A stretch of 64,000 bases of DNA from positions 2,181,628-2,245,627 of the forward strand of contig OZ037771.1 of the NCBI GenBank assembly GCA_964035545.1. The letters run 5' to 3'. Shown one piece after another: positions 52,301 to 64,000 of this stretch. The position numbers and the translations under genes are program-made. Numbering within the stretch: position 1 is the first letter of the stretch; every line of letters starts with the position of its first letter. This stretch comes from Bugula neritina. Its lineage: Eukaryota > Animalia > Bryozoa. The notes beneath the pieces were generated by a model. The model was not told the origin of the DNA. It did not search any database and was given only the letters and a program-made list of their open reading frames with translations.

Positions 52301-54203
52301 AATGAAGAAACCTCGTGGGAATACTTGTGTATAACTGTAGATGGTAGACACAACTCCCAACCTAATTTCAGTCATTGTAGAGACAACTCCCAAAGCAGTT
52401 GTAGTGTACATAAGTACCAGTCTGGTAAAAGAGAAGACAACTCATTACTAGTTTATGCCTTTTAGAACATGCTCAGCAATACCTGCAAGCACCTGCCAGC
52501 ACTGTGCATGACTGTCATGGCATAGACTGCAATACACTATCATTAGTAGCATTTATATTGTAGCATTCATCACTCAGCTTATAAATTCAAACACTGAAAA
52601 TAATTTTGCTTTTAGCTTTACTATTTTATTTTGTTGTATTAGATTTTACGTTTGTTATTAGTAATTATACACTCTGGTTTATTCTCATGGGGGTTGAAAA
52701 TTTGGTCTTTTATGTTTTATTTCCTTAAAACATACGTTACACTATGTATTGTACAGAGTGACAATCACTTATTCATGGTTCATTTCAAATATTTATTACT
52801 AGAAGTGTAATATTGCTAACTACTTCAATTATTCAGCTTCAATCTTAGATGTAATTGCGGTTACTGTAACAGATATAGTCTGAGTCATAATAAGTATACT
52901 TACTCTACTATTTTTATATTAGTCACTGAAACATTACTTGCATTTTATATATTTTGCTGATGTATTCCTTGCCGCTGGGATATAATATAGCCTACATTTA
53001 AGAGTTAACAGCACATGTTTATTGTCACTATATAGTATATTGTGAAAATGTGCTTTCTATATTTAATGTTATTTTCTATGTACAATACTAACGTTTATTT
53101 TACAAGTTTATATTTTTGCGATAATGTTGAAAGAATAAATGTAACATGCATAAAAGACAATTTTGGAAAAAAAATGAGAATAGAAGCATTTACAGATATG
53201 CAAATTTTAAACATGCTGATGTTTAGCTGGAATCATAAAATACACTGGTCTACATCAAATTTTAATTCAAAAGGTAAATTTGTATATAATTCATACTAAA
53301 TCTTTATATTATTGGCAATCTATTATGATTTGTAACTTAAAGGTTATGCTTAATATACATAATTAGGCCATCAATTGAAATGCTTGAACCAGATTTCTAT
53401 ATATTTACATTTTCAACCATATTTCCACTATACTGGAGCAGTTACGTCTCTAAGAAAGAGCAACTTCTTGAAAAGCTACAATTTCCTGAAATTCTGTTTA
53501 AAAAATTCTTCAATAACACTGAAAAACATTTTAATTAGAATTAAACGGATTCCCACTATTCTTATAATTTTATTTGAAATAAAATGATTGGGTGTCATAC
53601 TCGACATCGCATATCATTGCCAGCAGAATTGTAGGTTCTTTTACAGAGTGGCGCATTGCGAGAGATTACAAATCAGTATATTATATTGGTCTTGTAAAAC
53701 TACAGTTACATGATTGTTATGAATACCAGTAAACAGTGACTAGTTGAAAAGCTCAAAACATGGGCTCAGCAAGACACCATGTGGGATGTAAAAAGGGATT
53801 TAGATGATTATTTGATATAATATATATACAAGTAGGTGACAACCTAGAACTGATCCAACTAAATCCTTTATGGAAACAAATAGCGAGTAAATCTACAATA
53901 TATTATAAATAATATAAACGGGCAAAAATAAGCTCTCTTTAATTTTAAAAATAAATACTTTTAAGAACACCATAAATATTGAGTGCTCTTTATTGATCTA
54001 TTGAATAACGATAAAATAAAACATTTTCTTTTTATTAGTAAAACTACCAGAACAAGTCAGGATAGTTTCTTCAATTTATGTGAAAACTGGCGGATTATGA
54101 CTTCACCAGTACGCGTGACCATCAATCAGTGACATCATCAGCAAGTGCTGTATTTCACATAAGTTAGAGCTCATTAACAATAAATTAGAAAATACAAAAT
54201 TCG

Positions 54204-57200
54204 TCAAGAAGCCAACATGAAAATAGTGAGTGTACTAATTATGGCAATAAGGTGATGAGACAAATGATTTGATCCAATTGGCGAATTGGCGGAATTGGCG
54301 ACTAACACACAGAGACTGCGGTTGGTGGGGTTGGTTGGGTTGGTGGGGTGCATGCAGCTGTAGTTAGTATTGTCAGCTAAGAGATGATCTTGTTTATCTC
54401 CGAAGAAATAACATCCAGTTCCGTTACTCTGACTGAGATCTTCACGACTAGAGTCTGTAGCTGCAACAGTTATTTAAATGATTGATGAAGAGCTCAATGT
54501 GAGATGACTAATATTACTAGTTTAAGTTTCACCTGGCTCTATAATGCAAAGTCAGTTATTCAGTTTTATTTACGTTGTATCTATAACATTTACTTATGCC
54601 GATATAAGTAAAGGTGTAGACTGCCATCTTCATGTATATTCTACACAAATTAACTCTAGGTTAACCTCGCACTCATAACCCATGATTTCCACAAAACCTG
54701 TAGGAATAGTTTCATTAAAACTCTAATTTTTAAGCAAACTTCAAACTTTTCAAACTATATACTTTAATTACTTTATAAACTCAAACAAAACAGTGGCATG
54801 TGTTATACTTCCTCTGATGAAACAGAAAGAAATGTGAGCACGGATAGATTAAAATGAGGAAATGCTGCCTCAGCTGCCAACACACCATTGCATAAGAAGC
54901 CGGGTCCACTAAAGTAGTCGGTACCAGTTTTAGGAAGTAAATAGGGACACGACCTCTTGACCCTATGACATGCCATTGACCTACAGGGTGGTATTAGCTT
55001 GCTGCTGTGGTTGTAGTAGCTGTTCAGAGTGCATAACCATTCCTTGTATGTGTTCTAAAACATGTTGAAGTAACACTCATGGGAGATAACTCCTTATTCT
55101 GCACAATCTGACACAAACTTAGATTATGTTACAGTAAAACATATTTATTTTAAAACAATTGACAAGGATACAACCTAGATTAAGTCAAACTGAGCAAACA
55201 GGAGCCTTTTAACTTTGAGTAAAACCAACTGCATTGCATCAAGGGGAGACAATAACACTATCATTTACATAGCTTAGCTTTTTATATAGAACCGCATCAA
55301 TTGATACAAATTTTGGAGTTATATACCCTCTGTGCATACCTTTAGCCAAGAGAGCACAATTCCCATAAAATTCTAATAATAACAAGTATAAAATACATTT
55401 ACAACTCCCAAGAGTGAAATAGCCTACAGAGTAACAAAAATCTACAACCAAGAAGTGAATTTGGTAAAAACTGATGACTCATAGTGAAGACTGCTGCCTT
55501 TGTTACTTACCACACAATTGTCACAGTCCGAGTTATGACTGTAATTATAACTATAGTTAGTTCTGCAGTTGAACTTCTGTATAATGTCTAAAAACTGGGT
55601 AAAGCTCTTGTTTAAGTCTATACATGTGTCATCTAAAAAGAGAGAGTCCGCCGTGCCATCGCCCTGTACCAGGCCTAACTCGCTGCAAAGCTGATCGTTA
55701 GAACTTAGTCTACATGAGGCTGGTGTGGAGTTATTACTGTCAGATGGGGTGACGGCAGTTTGTTGGTTGGAGGAATGAACAGTCATGGTGAAGATACTAG
55801 CCCCAGATTCTTCTAGTCCAGACAGAGTATTAGTTGGGGGTGAGTGTGAAAGCTGGGCGGATGTGGAGTGTAACATACTAAGGAGCAATATAACCACTGT
55901 AAGGAGTCTTGATTCTAAAAAAGAGTAAAAAAACTCAACACAATGAATGGAAAGCCTAAATATAGAACCTCAAAACACTAAATTCAAAGTTGCCATCACC
56001 CCTAGCCAGTAGGAAGTGTCTTCTAGTTATTTCTATAGTGAGAAAGCAGGTCTACCAGTTGGACTAACTACCTATCAGTTGGACTCACTAACTACCAGTT
56101 GGACTAACTACCTATCAGTTGAACTCACTACCTATCACTTGGACTCACTAACTACCAGTTGGACTCAATGGTTACCAGTTGGACTCACTAACTACCAGTT
56201 GGACTCACTACCTATGGGTTGGGCTCACTAGCTATTAGTTGGACTGACTGTCAATACATTCGCTAAATTTTCATGTCCTGGGCAAACACGAAGTGCTGAG
56301 CACCTGCAAAACTTATAAATCTTACTTTAAAGCATGTTTATAAGGGGCTTATGGAAGCCACTCTGTGACAAATTGCCATGGAGCTTAAACCAGAGCAGAG
56401 TGACGCAGGACAATGTCCTACTAACACATGATACTTAGACCTCATCTAATGGGGTTGCCCAGGCCTTGCAACGTCCAACAGTAAAGAAAATTGAAAAATA
56501 TTACCCCATTACACATTATATTCCCACATTTATCCGAGCTTATACCGTTACTACGGCTAATAACCAATTAGGCAAGGAAATCTAGCCTGATTATATTGAG
56601 CTTGAACCTCAGTCTAAATAACCAGAGACCCTGAATAGTCAAAATTCTCTCGGTTACATTGAATGAAGGTTACTAGTACGCAGACAAACAACTGAGCCCA
56701 AGGCACTTGGGAACCTTCTTAGCCTGACATTTTTTAAGTTCAAATGAATAGGGAGTTATGTACATCTTTGTGTATCAATTCTAAACCAATGTGAAAATAA
56801 ATCAGCTCCCTACAGTTGAACGTGACAGATTGTCTGCTCTTGCTACATATGGTAGGTTATTCTCAACACTACTACTGTCCTCTGTAGGAACGTGTCCAGC
56901 TGCTAGATATGAAGTGAAACTCTACACTGCTGGTCAACGACCTAAGGCTTCCAACAGCGGCTAAGTAATGCAGAAGGACGGCAGCTTATGAGACCGCCAT
57001 TTGTAGTATTGGCCGATAATATAATTATTCGCCACTACCAGGATAATTACACGAGCACTCTAAATACAAATTAGCAATCATAAAAACTCGTTAGCTAACT
57101 AGTGAGAGCAGGCAAAGGTTTCAGTCAATACCCACTAGTCATAATATAAACTCACTATGTACTCACACTCACTGAATATTCACTCTCACTGTGTACTCAG

Positions 57201-57480
57201 TCTTACTCACTATATACTCAGCCTCACTGTACACCCATTCTCACTCATCCTGAATCAAGTACAAGTGTACACCAGAAAAAACACAGTTGTGCCCACCTTT
57301 CCGAGTATATGACGCAGTGAATGTCGTAAAGTAAAATAAAGCCAGAGGTTTGGCCGGTAGACTAGAGTGAGTAAGAGAAGTGCTGACAATTGATGAGTCA
57401 GCGATATACTTGGTTGGAGATTCTGGTGCTGCTTCAGGTGGTAGGAGTGGTGACAATGGCAGCGGTTGACATGAGTACAT
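54204..57480 (-). CDS. NALF1: NALCN channel auxiliary factor (FAM155/NALF/NLF-1, Mid1-related), about 337 aa. Exons 57480-57297, 55914-55511, 55054-54886, 54460-54204
   Basis: FLDIIQKFNCRTNYS...CDNCVNTYKEWLC...PPCRSMACHRVKRSCPYLLP...YFSGPGFLC matches the FAM155 cysteine-rich domain (C...YK.WLC...PC...C..V...CP..LP......G...F.C). Both termini have hydrophobic segments, and the exons sum to 1014 nt in frame. The symbol denotes the family, not a specific vertebrate paralogue. Confidence 0.9.
56052..56247. repeat. About 20-bp tandem repeat (accagttggactcactaact), about 10 copies
   Basis: Directly visible in an intron of the NALF-like gene. Confidence 0.93.
57148..57247. repeat. Degenerate ACTCAC-rich repeat (GTGAGT on the minus strand)
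   Basis: Lies just downstream of the minus-strand donor at 57296. Confidence 0.65.
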
Positions 57481-58267
57481 TGCTCAGATGCTGGAGAAGA
57501 TAGGTGGAGATATGTGGCACATAGAGGAGTGTGGGAAACGCTGACAATATGCTGGTTCACCACTGAGGCTGCAACTCGGTTCATTAGTAGAGCTGGGTGT
57601 GTGAGAGTACACAGTTTGCTGACTAGATTCAGTTGGTATCTGATGTACTACATGAGCTCTACTCTTCATACCAATACAAGTATTCCAGTCTATCACTATC
57701 CCGATAGCAGACAACTCTTAGTAATTGATAATCCAAAATATACGAGGAGATGTATGTTGATATTTGATTCGGTAGTTGGTGAGATATTTCAGCAGACAGA
57801 ATATCCTGACGGTATACGAGAAGTGTGCTAGTTACATACTATAGTTCCAATAGCGTGCATTCAGTATAGCGTGATACAGCTCTACTTCAGCCACCCTGTA
57901 AAACAGATAAGAAAAATAATCAATGAAGCACATACAGCAAGATACTCAACACAAACATACATCAGCAGAGTTGCCTACGGGGCAGCAAAAAGAAAGAGTA
58001 GTTGTGTAGTACACAGCGTTACATAATAGGCTTTGCCTTAGCATTGATTACACGGGCTAGCTATACTTTTCATGCCAGCTGCCAATGGGCAGCGTAAGTT
58101 AGAGTTTATGACCATAATCTCTGGTTGCTGCCGTATAGATTATACCTTCAACTGTACATCAGAAATTCTGTGATAGTTTACAACAAATTCTAAACCCTTT
58201 CTCTCTTTACATCATCACAATAATTTGAATAGTTTCTGCGCTAATAATAAAAAACTCATAACATTGG

Positions 58268-58338
58268 GAACATAGACTAAAGTTAGGAACATAGACTAAA
58301 GTTAGGAACATAGACTAAAAGTAGAACATAGACTAAAG
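58268..58338. repeat. About 19-bp tandem repeat (gaacatagactaaagttag), 4 copies
   Basis: Directly visible. Confidence 0.9.
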
Positions 58339-58855
58339 ATATTTCTAAATCAAAATGTTGTTGCACTCAGCCTCTTGACTGAAACACAATATCCATAATG
58401 TAGGCTACAGGAGATTAAAGCCACTACTTTTACATCTTTACTAGAAATTAGGTTAGTTAAAAAACTGCGTCACGTCACCGGGTGTAAAAAAGCCAGAATT
58501 TATGTTTATAATTGTGTTGTCATAGTAACGCATTATTATTGTGACTTGTGTAACTCCACCACTTGCAATATTAAATACTACACACCCTTCTACACCATTT
58601 AATAAGGAAACTCAATAAATGATTACATCTAGCCTCAGTTTCTTATGCTTTGACCTTGACCGCTGAGAAACTAGTGCTACTGCAAACAAGTGAAAGAGCA
58701 TGAAAGTTAGAAACTTGTAAGGAATTATTTTTAAAAGCTGAATATAAAAGATCAAATAAAGACTTTAAATAAAATGCTTAAAATTATTTGAAGTCATTCC
58801 TCCATAATGCTATAGAAACCCTAGTCAGAGTAACTATCAGGTGACAAACTAAAGT

Positions 58856-59192
58856 TACTTACACCAGTACACTTACACTATATACTTACACTACATACTT
58901 ACACTTACACTATATACTTACACTAGTACACTTACATACACTAGTACACTTACACTATATATTTACACTATATACTTACACTAGTACACTTACATACACT
59001 AGTACACTTACACTAGTACACTTACATACACTAGTACACTTACACTAGTACACTTACTTACACTGTATACTTACACTGTACACATACACTAGTACACTTA
59101 CACTGGTACATTTACACTATACACTTACACTAGTACACTTACACTAGTACACTTACACTAGTACACTTACACTGGTACATTTACATACACTA
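58856..59192. repeat. About 14-bp tandem repeat (tacacttacactag)
   Basis: More than 20 degenerate copies; it reads GTGTAAGTGTA on the minus strand. Confidence 0.93.
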
Positions 59193-62100
59193 AGGTGTAT
59201 AAATAAGTTATCAGTCAAGGCACAATAATAAACCAGGATTCTAGATTTTTAGCATGAGTTCTGCAGTTTTTAAATTTATTATTAATAAACTTATATTTGG
59301 CGTTCGTTTTGCATTCTAGTATCTTGAAATTTTGCTAAAACCATCTTTGATGTTTGATACGCACAGTGCAATATATCTTTCAGTGCAAGTCCTATCAGCT
59401 GGCCAAGCCCCTGGTAATAACCAAATCTAGTTAGAGCTGCAAGTTAACATAAAGTCCCAACTGAATCCCCGCAAAGAAAAGGTTAGAATTGATTAAATTT
59501 CACTTAAACTGCTATTGGCTGTCTAAATAAGTAATCCATTATCTGAAGTCTGCATATGCAGCCCTATCAACATTGCCCATATAACGTATGCCTAGACCCA
59601 ATATACTGCAGATCGCCAACTACAAAAAATAACTACAGTTTATTACTTACAAAAACATTTCTGGTTACTTGGCAAAACAGCAGACTATTGAAAAAAAAAT
59701 CATATTTACAGGGTATTGAATATAGATATGATTGAAATAAGAGGGCAGATATAGGTCTGAGAATGTAGAATTCAAACAAAGACAACCAGATAACTTGAAA
59801 TTAGACACCATTAACTAGGTTTTGGTCTATTGAAATAATTCTTATTATTTAGCCTAATATTTCTATTTTAACTTAAAATTTATATTTTCAGCTCAATAGT
59901 GGTCTCGGTGCTTCAAAGTTTCACCGTCTAGACACCAAGATAAACATATTTCAATATATTTACTGCTTGAGATATCATACTTTAATAATCTAAAATACAA
60001 CATAGAACTATCAACCTTAAAATTTTGTTATACAGATTGTCTATAGTTTGAAGGCCCTAGATAATCAGGGTAGGCAAAAGAAGTCCTTGAAAGAGGAATC
60101 AAGGGCTGGTGGATTACCAGCCGACTAGACCAGGGACTAGAGCCAAGTTTCAAGGGTACCAACAACTTTATAGTACTAAACCTGTAACATTTTGACCTGA
60201 AATTGTCTAAAAAGGCAGCTACGCCATCAATTTCTTTGTTTTAAAAGCAAACAACCTGAAGTCATGCTTTAAACTCCTAAATACTACAGGAAATAGTATA
60301 TATACTGGCTGTTCAGTAATTAGTGTTGACGATATATGAGCTTCAAACTATCCGAATACCTCTCTGAATTGTCATAGCAAACCCTATGCACCTACTTGCA
60401 ATAGGCAAACTGAACAGTTCAAGTAAGTTGGAGAAATTGTAAACGAGTATCGGATGACGTAGAGGCACTTGACAGTACCAGCAATGAGAGCACCGAAGAA
60501 GTCATTAAATAGCTCAAACTATAGTATCTATGTACACAAACAGGAAGCACTTCCTATTCAATGATAAAAATGTATTTTCAGGATCATTTACGTGCTATTG
60601 ATTTTCGTATACTGAATTGAATTACCCACTCTAAAATTCTTGATAAAACAGCTAGTACTGACCAGTTCATTGTGTTAGGCATCGCACGCAAATGCTGGCA
60701 ATGTATTCAACTCCCATTCACCAAAGGTGCTAATTGACACATCTTTTAACTAAGTTTGAGGTACAAGACTACCTGTCTACTTTTGGGAATTGTCTATATA
60801 CTTTTGTCGCAACTTATCTTTTTTGAATTTCTCGAATGTTAAAACCAACTTCCAGTAAGTTCGTGTTGACTTTTCATGCATCTTCATTCAATTAAAAGAT
60901 TTATTCTGTGTTAATAACTGAAAAAGGAATCACTGCTCACAAATATATGTGCATTTCATTATTATTGGTATTTAATATGGCATGTACACTGATTCTTAAT
61001 TGAGCTACGTCTACATTAGAATATTGATTATAAAATACAATCCCGTTCACAGTCGTCACTATGAGCCTGTTTGTCTTAGGTACAAGATCTAGGGGTATCC
61101 TAGTTATGTAATAGAGTTCGTTTAGTAGAATTAGTTTTTATAAAATACCGTTACGGATCAGTGCATAGTTAAATTTGGAAAAAAATCTGAAAATTAGAAA
61201 ATAGCTATGATTTGAATGGTTTAAGTTTAAACCACCACATTGTACTTCAGCCTATTCAGTCTAGAAAACTTTTGTTAAAAAATAAAAGATTTATTTCTGC
61301 AGTAAAGGCATGAATGCAGTGGTTGTAAAGCTATCTATGTTCTATAATCCAAACATGCCAATTTAGAAAATCTTCTGCAGGTTAGCTGATATAAATAAAC
61401 AGTGAGTTGTACGCTCCTTTGTGCAAAGAGTTGAGCTAATAGCTATTTAAGCTGATCTCTAATTATTATAAGTATATATATATGAAGCTGAGTGGTTTAT
61501 AAACATATTGGCTATCGTAGAGGTTAGACCTGTTAGGGTGCAGGAAATTCCAAAGCTAAGTACAGCAAGTATATAAACTTTCAGGAATCTTACTACTAAA
61601 TCTCCATAATCATCAGTAAATAGCAGCTCTAAAACTGACTAAGCAGAAGTGCTTTAATCTAAAAATTTGTTTTAATATATAACGCATTTACTACCCAGGT
61701 ATATAAATTAACTTGACCCAATTAAGGTTTAGGGCAACTTCAAAAGTTTCATATAAAATGAATCCTAAAATATCTTTACGTATCGATTCACTATAAATAA
61801 GCTAACTCAACTGGAAAACTCTAGTGCCTACCAACTGAAAGATCTGAACCAATCATTTGTTTTCTTCCATTAAAAGTTCTAAGGCAGCAAAAACAAAAAA
61901 TAGCTCAAAATATTACACAAAGCCAAGAAAATATTCAGTAGTAGCAGTTTGACTAGATTAATGGTAAAATACTGTAACTCATTGGTGACCTAGTATTCAA
62001 CAGACACACGTCTTTCAATAACTTGCTAAGAATGAGATGGCTTGTGGTAGTACCAGCATGTTACGCCAAGGGAGATGATTCCAAACTCATTACTCACGCC

Positions 62101-64000
62101 AACTACCTGATTGCATCAAAATAGTTTATAATATATAGATTGGAGCCTTATTTCTAACAAAACTATTAGTACGTCTCAACTAAGCACCAGTTATTGCTTT
62201 CAGGTATGTCTCATTCAGGTAATTGGGGGTGCCTCTTTAAGGGTAAACTGAAGTAATGGACAATACTCAAATAACAATAAATATCTTAGAGTTGTTTACC
62301 ATCCAAAATACTAAATATATATTCATTACAACTCTTGTTAAAATGAGTAAGTAAAGTTTAAAATGGCTTTAATATACATGTGTACATTTTATTGATCAGT
62401 CTAGCTTAGCATGTTCAATGCCACTTTTATTCAGCACACTATTTGACTAAACATAAATTATTTCGCCTAATTTATCTCTTTAATTTATTATAAATTCAGT
62501 TCATATTGAGAACACTACACTAGAGTATGCTATCCTTTCAAGATCTGTAGACTATAGCACTATCCAGGGTATGTTTATGTGGCAATTTCGCCTCTAACTC
62601 ATTTTTAGTAGTCTGAACAAACTTAGCTCAACCCTGAGACCATTTATAGTGTGTTATATGCAGTTTAATAAATTTCAGTTCAATAGTAAATTATTTAACA
62701 TACCTATCAATTAGAACTGTAGTGGCATAGTAATGCTTATAATTATAAGGAAAATAATAATACAAGTGAACTTAAATGATTTACTAAATTTTCAAATGAT
62801 GCATGATCAAACATATCACTAAAATAACTAATTCTCTTATGCTTGTGATACAATTTTACATTATGAAAATTGCTTTCATTGCTTACAATTACTACTATGA
62901 ATACTTTATCCACTAACCATAAGAATGTATGCAAACATTATATATTTGCTTGAAGTATCAAAAAATACCTATGCATAATAAAAAATTAAAAATCAAATGC
63001 CGCTATACTGTGAGGTGAAATTGATTTGGTGAAAAGGTTCCATTCTCTCAATAAGTATTAAAAACAAGCAACAATTGCTTAATGCATATTTATTAATAAT
63101 AATTGTAATACTAATAGTAATATTTAGTAAGTTTAATGATTATTTTAAAAACAAAAACCTTTAGGCTTTAACTTTATAATATGATTATGACATCTATATC
63201 AAATATTCAAGTTTTGTATCTGTATCTCTGACTAGGACACTATGACTATCACTACCAGTATAAGTATTAGATTACGATTAAGTTTGAGTATCACCATGGT
63301 AATAATCGTGAATGATGGTGAATATTGATATTCATATTATTGTTAAATTCTAACTTAAACTTATTTCAATTTATATATAAACAGCAACATCAACATGAAC
63401 ATGCATTTCAGTATCACTACAAGTATTAAGTATCAGTATGGTTATCAGATAACTATAACTATACGATTATGATGATTACTACAGTAATGCTAAATGCAAA
63501 TTGTAATGCAATTTAATGGGTGAAATTGATTTTTTTGTTATTTCAACTTAATAGTAATATTATTAATATTATTATAATTAAAAAATTGAATATTAAAGAA
63601 TATATTCAAATTGGAAACATTAAAATATTATTATTCTCAAACCTCAACAATAAAAGTTAAAATCAAATTAATTTTAAAGTGAGTAACCTGTGGTGTAAAA
63701 ATTACCTTTACATTAAGTTTAACTTTACAGCTTAGGCTTAAACTTAAAGTAAAAGTCAAACTTAAAGTTAATGTTTAAACTTCAACTTTAACTTTTAGTT
63801 TGAGTTTAAACATTAACTCTTACAGTTTTCAATCTCTGTCACCGAGACTCTGAGAGTGAGTTGGTGTTACACTCAGTCAGTGACTTACAGTTTGAGTCAC
63901 TGCTACAGTAAGTGTAACTCTAACTGTAAGACTAAGTCAAAGTGTTGCTGTTACGTGAGTGTTAAATTAAGGCTAACTCCAAGTCACTTCGACTTTGAGT

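Noticed and set aside
56016-56231. 71-aa repetitive ORF
   Set aside because: Translation of the 20-bp tandem repeat.

Overview
AT-rich, intron-containing eukaryotic (invertebrate animal-like) genomic DNA. It is not prokaryotic, so most short ORFs in the track are exon fragments or noise. Splicing exons by hand (GT-AG sites, phase checked) gives seven protein-coding genes: (1) a secreted PAN/apple + F-type lectin (-, runs off the left edge); (2) a secreted PSI-domain + class-3 lipase (+); (3) an uncharacterised protein with a C-terminal SOCS-box-like motif (-); (4) an mTERF-like mitochondrial protein (-), head-to-head with (5) mitochondrial GUF1/EF4 (+, 15 coding exons); (6) a proteolipid M6/GPM6-family tetraspan gene (+) with at least six mutually exclusive phase-1 N-terminal exons over about 18 kb; (7) a NALCN auxiliary subunit FAM155/NALF-like gene (-). 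Introns hold two MITEs, a 3.2-kb TIR element, a possible tRNA-derived SINE and several tandem repeats built on splice-site motifs. One of these is an array of about 37 copies that reads as the U1 snRNA 5' end on the host transcript strand. All family calls come from motif recognition by eye; no database search was run.
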